From the NCBI GenBank assembly GCA_001244265.2, contig CDLV01000015.1, forward strand, positions 434,001-498,000: a stretch of 64,000 nt of DNA. Reading direction: 5' to 3'. The notes under the pieces are model-generated. The model saw only the letters and a program-made list of their open reading frames with translations, ran no database searches and had not been told where the DNA came from. Shown here piece after piece: positions 62,419 to 64,000 of this stretch; position 1 is the first letter of the stretch, and the number at the start of each line of letters is the position of its first letter. Both the position numbers and the translations under genes were made by a program. The stretch is from Microbotryum violaceum (Eukaryota).

Positions 62419-64000
62419 TCATTCCTTCACCAAGTCAACCCCTTCCTCCTTCGCTACTTCTTCAGGATCCTTCTCCTCCCAATCACCTTTATTGACGCGC
62501 TCGCATAAGCCCTTGAGCAGAGGGACGATCGCTTCGAATTCGGACAGTCCGTTATAGACTTGAGCCGAGAGGCGGATCCACGGTTTCTTGTCGTGGCTGT
62601 TGGGGTGCTGATGAGAGGGGTCAGCTCGTGACAAGACACCACTACGTTGCTCTTTGAGCAAGCGCGAGCGCGAGACTGACATGAATGCAGGGACGTAAGT
62701 CAACCCATCGGCGAATTGTTGTTGATGAATCCACGTCAGCTTCTTGATCAACAAAGCGTGATGCTCCGAGTCGGTGAGACTGGAATCGGTCGAATCGTTG
62801 AGAGGGAGGCGGACGTTGACCTGTAGAGACAAGTTGTCGGGATCGTGCTTGCTTAATGTCGGAAACCGACGCGAGTTCCAAAGCAGAACTCACCATGTTC
62901 GCAATCAAATCTCCGTCCTTCTCCAGATCCTGGTTCTGCATCGCCTCCGTACCCAAACCCTTTGCGACAACCTCACCCCCCTCCACCGCTAGCTGATGAC
63001 AATACTTGGTAATACGTTCCTCGCCTCCACAAATATTGCGTCGGAAATCCAAGGCGGCGTGTACGGATAAGAAAGCGGAGCAGTCTATGGTTCCGTTCCA
63101 ATCAAATTCATTTTGGAAATCTTGTGGGGTCATGGGAGAGGTGCGGTAGTAGTGCCCTGTTGGGATCGAGTGAATCAGAGGTTGGTGTCTGCATCATCCA
63201 ATGCATTCAAGAGTCAGTCCTTCAATTTCACCAGGGACAACAACGATATGAGCAGGGTAACCTTACTTCTTATCGACGTAGAGTACCGCTGCGCCGCGAT
63301 GGCACATCAACCATTTGTGACAATTCGAGACCCAGAAGTCCGGTTTCGAGGTCCTCAAAACAACGGGCATTTGCCCGATCTCATGAGCCGCATCGACCAA
63401 ACTGAGGATACCTTCCTTTTGGCAGACGGAGACGATTTCTCGCCAGGGCACGACGACACCAGGGTTGGAAGAGATGGCGTCGAAGAGCGCGAGACGGATC
63501 TTGCCTCCACCTTCTTTGTTGGCGGCGGAGATGGTCGATTTGAGGATCGAGATGAGGGAGGCGTGGAAGAGGGGATACGTCACGGGGACGGGGAGGAGGG
63601 AGAGGGACAAGTGAGGGTGAGAATCGACGATCCATTGGAGGGAAGCCGAGCAAGCGTTGTAGCTTGAAACGGGAACCGAGCGACCGCGAGGATCAGCACA
63701 GGGAGCAGACTATGGGTTTCGCATACGGTAGTGTGTACGTACATGGTCGTGCTAAAGTAAAGTAGTTTGTCACCCTTTTGCCATTGCGTCGTCAAGCTAC
63801 GCAGGACGGTGTTGACGCCGGACGTTACATTCGCGACCCTGAGCATCTCGGCGAAAACCTGATCAGATCTCGGCAACCTTGGACATCGGGAACAGGGGAC
63901 CAGCAAGCTCACATGACGATGTCCGAGGTATCGCAGTTGACGAGCTCGCTCAATCGTCCGCGCAATCGGAAGAGTTCTGGCGTATAAGTCATCCTCATGA
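62419..64000 (-). CDS. EGT2: Class-V PLP enzyme, hercynylcysteine sulfoxide lyase (Egt2)-like; 5' end outside the window
   Basis: Motifs NVTSGVNTVLRS, DAISSNPGVVVPW, LVDAAHEIG, PDFWVSNCHKW (PLP lysine), FDWNGTID and WIRLSAQVYN. Confidence 0.8.

Overview
Gene-dense eukaryotic DNA with many short GT-AG introns. It is most consistent with a basidiomycete of the Pucciniomycotina (Microbotryum-like), an inference from intron style and protein sequences rather than a database result. Contents in order: a defective L1/Tx1-type non-LTR retrotransposon (about 1.2-5.9 kb); an SCP2 peroxisomal protein; a MYST acetyltransferase; CDC73; COX12; PRP18; a borealin/Nbl1-like gene; a tandem triplet of secreted histidine acid phosphatase (phytase-like) genes; condensin BRN1; ARV1; a TUG/Ubx4-like UBX protein; two hypothetical genes; urease; a sugar/polyol MFS transporter; COX10; a DUF4112 protein; a CDF metal transporter; a SUR7/PalI protein; a DHA1 drug transporter; U1-70K; a PDI; and a partial EGT2-like PLP enzyme. 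The most unusual element is the phytase triplet. None of the three copies looks catalytically complete, and copy A keeps a near-full spliced frame while both active-site motifs are replaced, making it a candidate secreted pseudoenzyme. The triplet sits between two head-to-head mitotic genes. Other points of note are a LINE ORF2 that looks intact but lacks its RT core, two long inverted repeats, and tandem repeats upstream of the drug transporter. Exon structures were assembled by eye, so boundaries are approximate where stated. No rRNA, intact tRNA or CRISPR array was seen.
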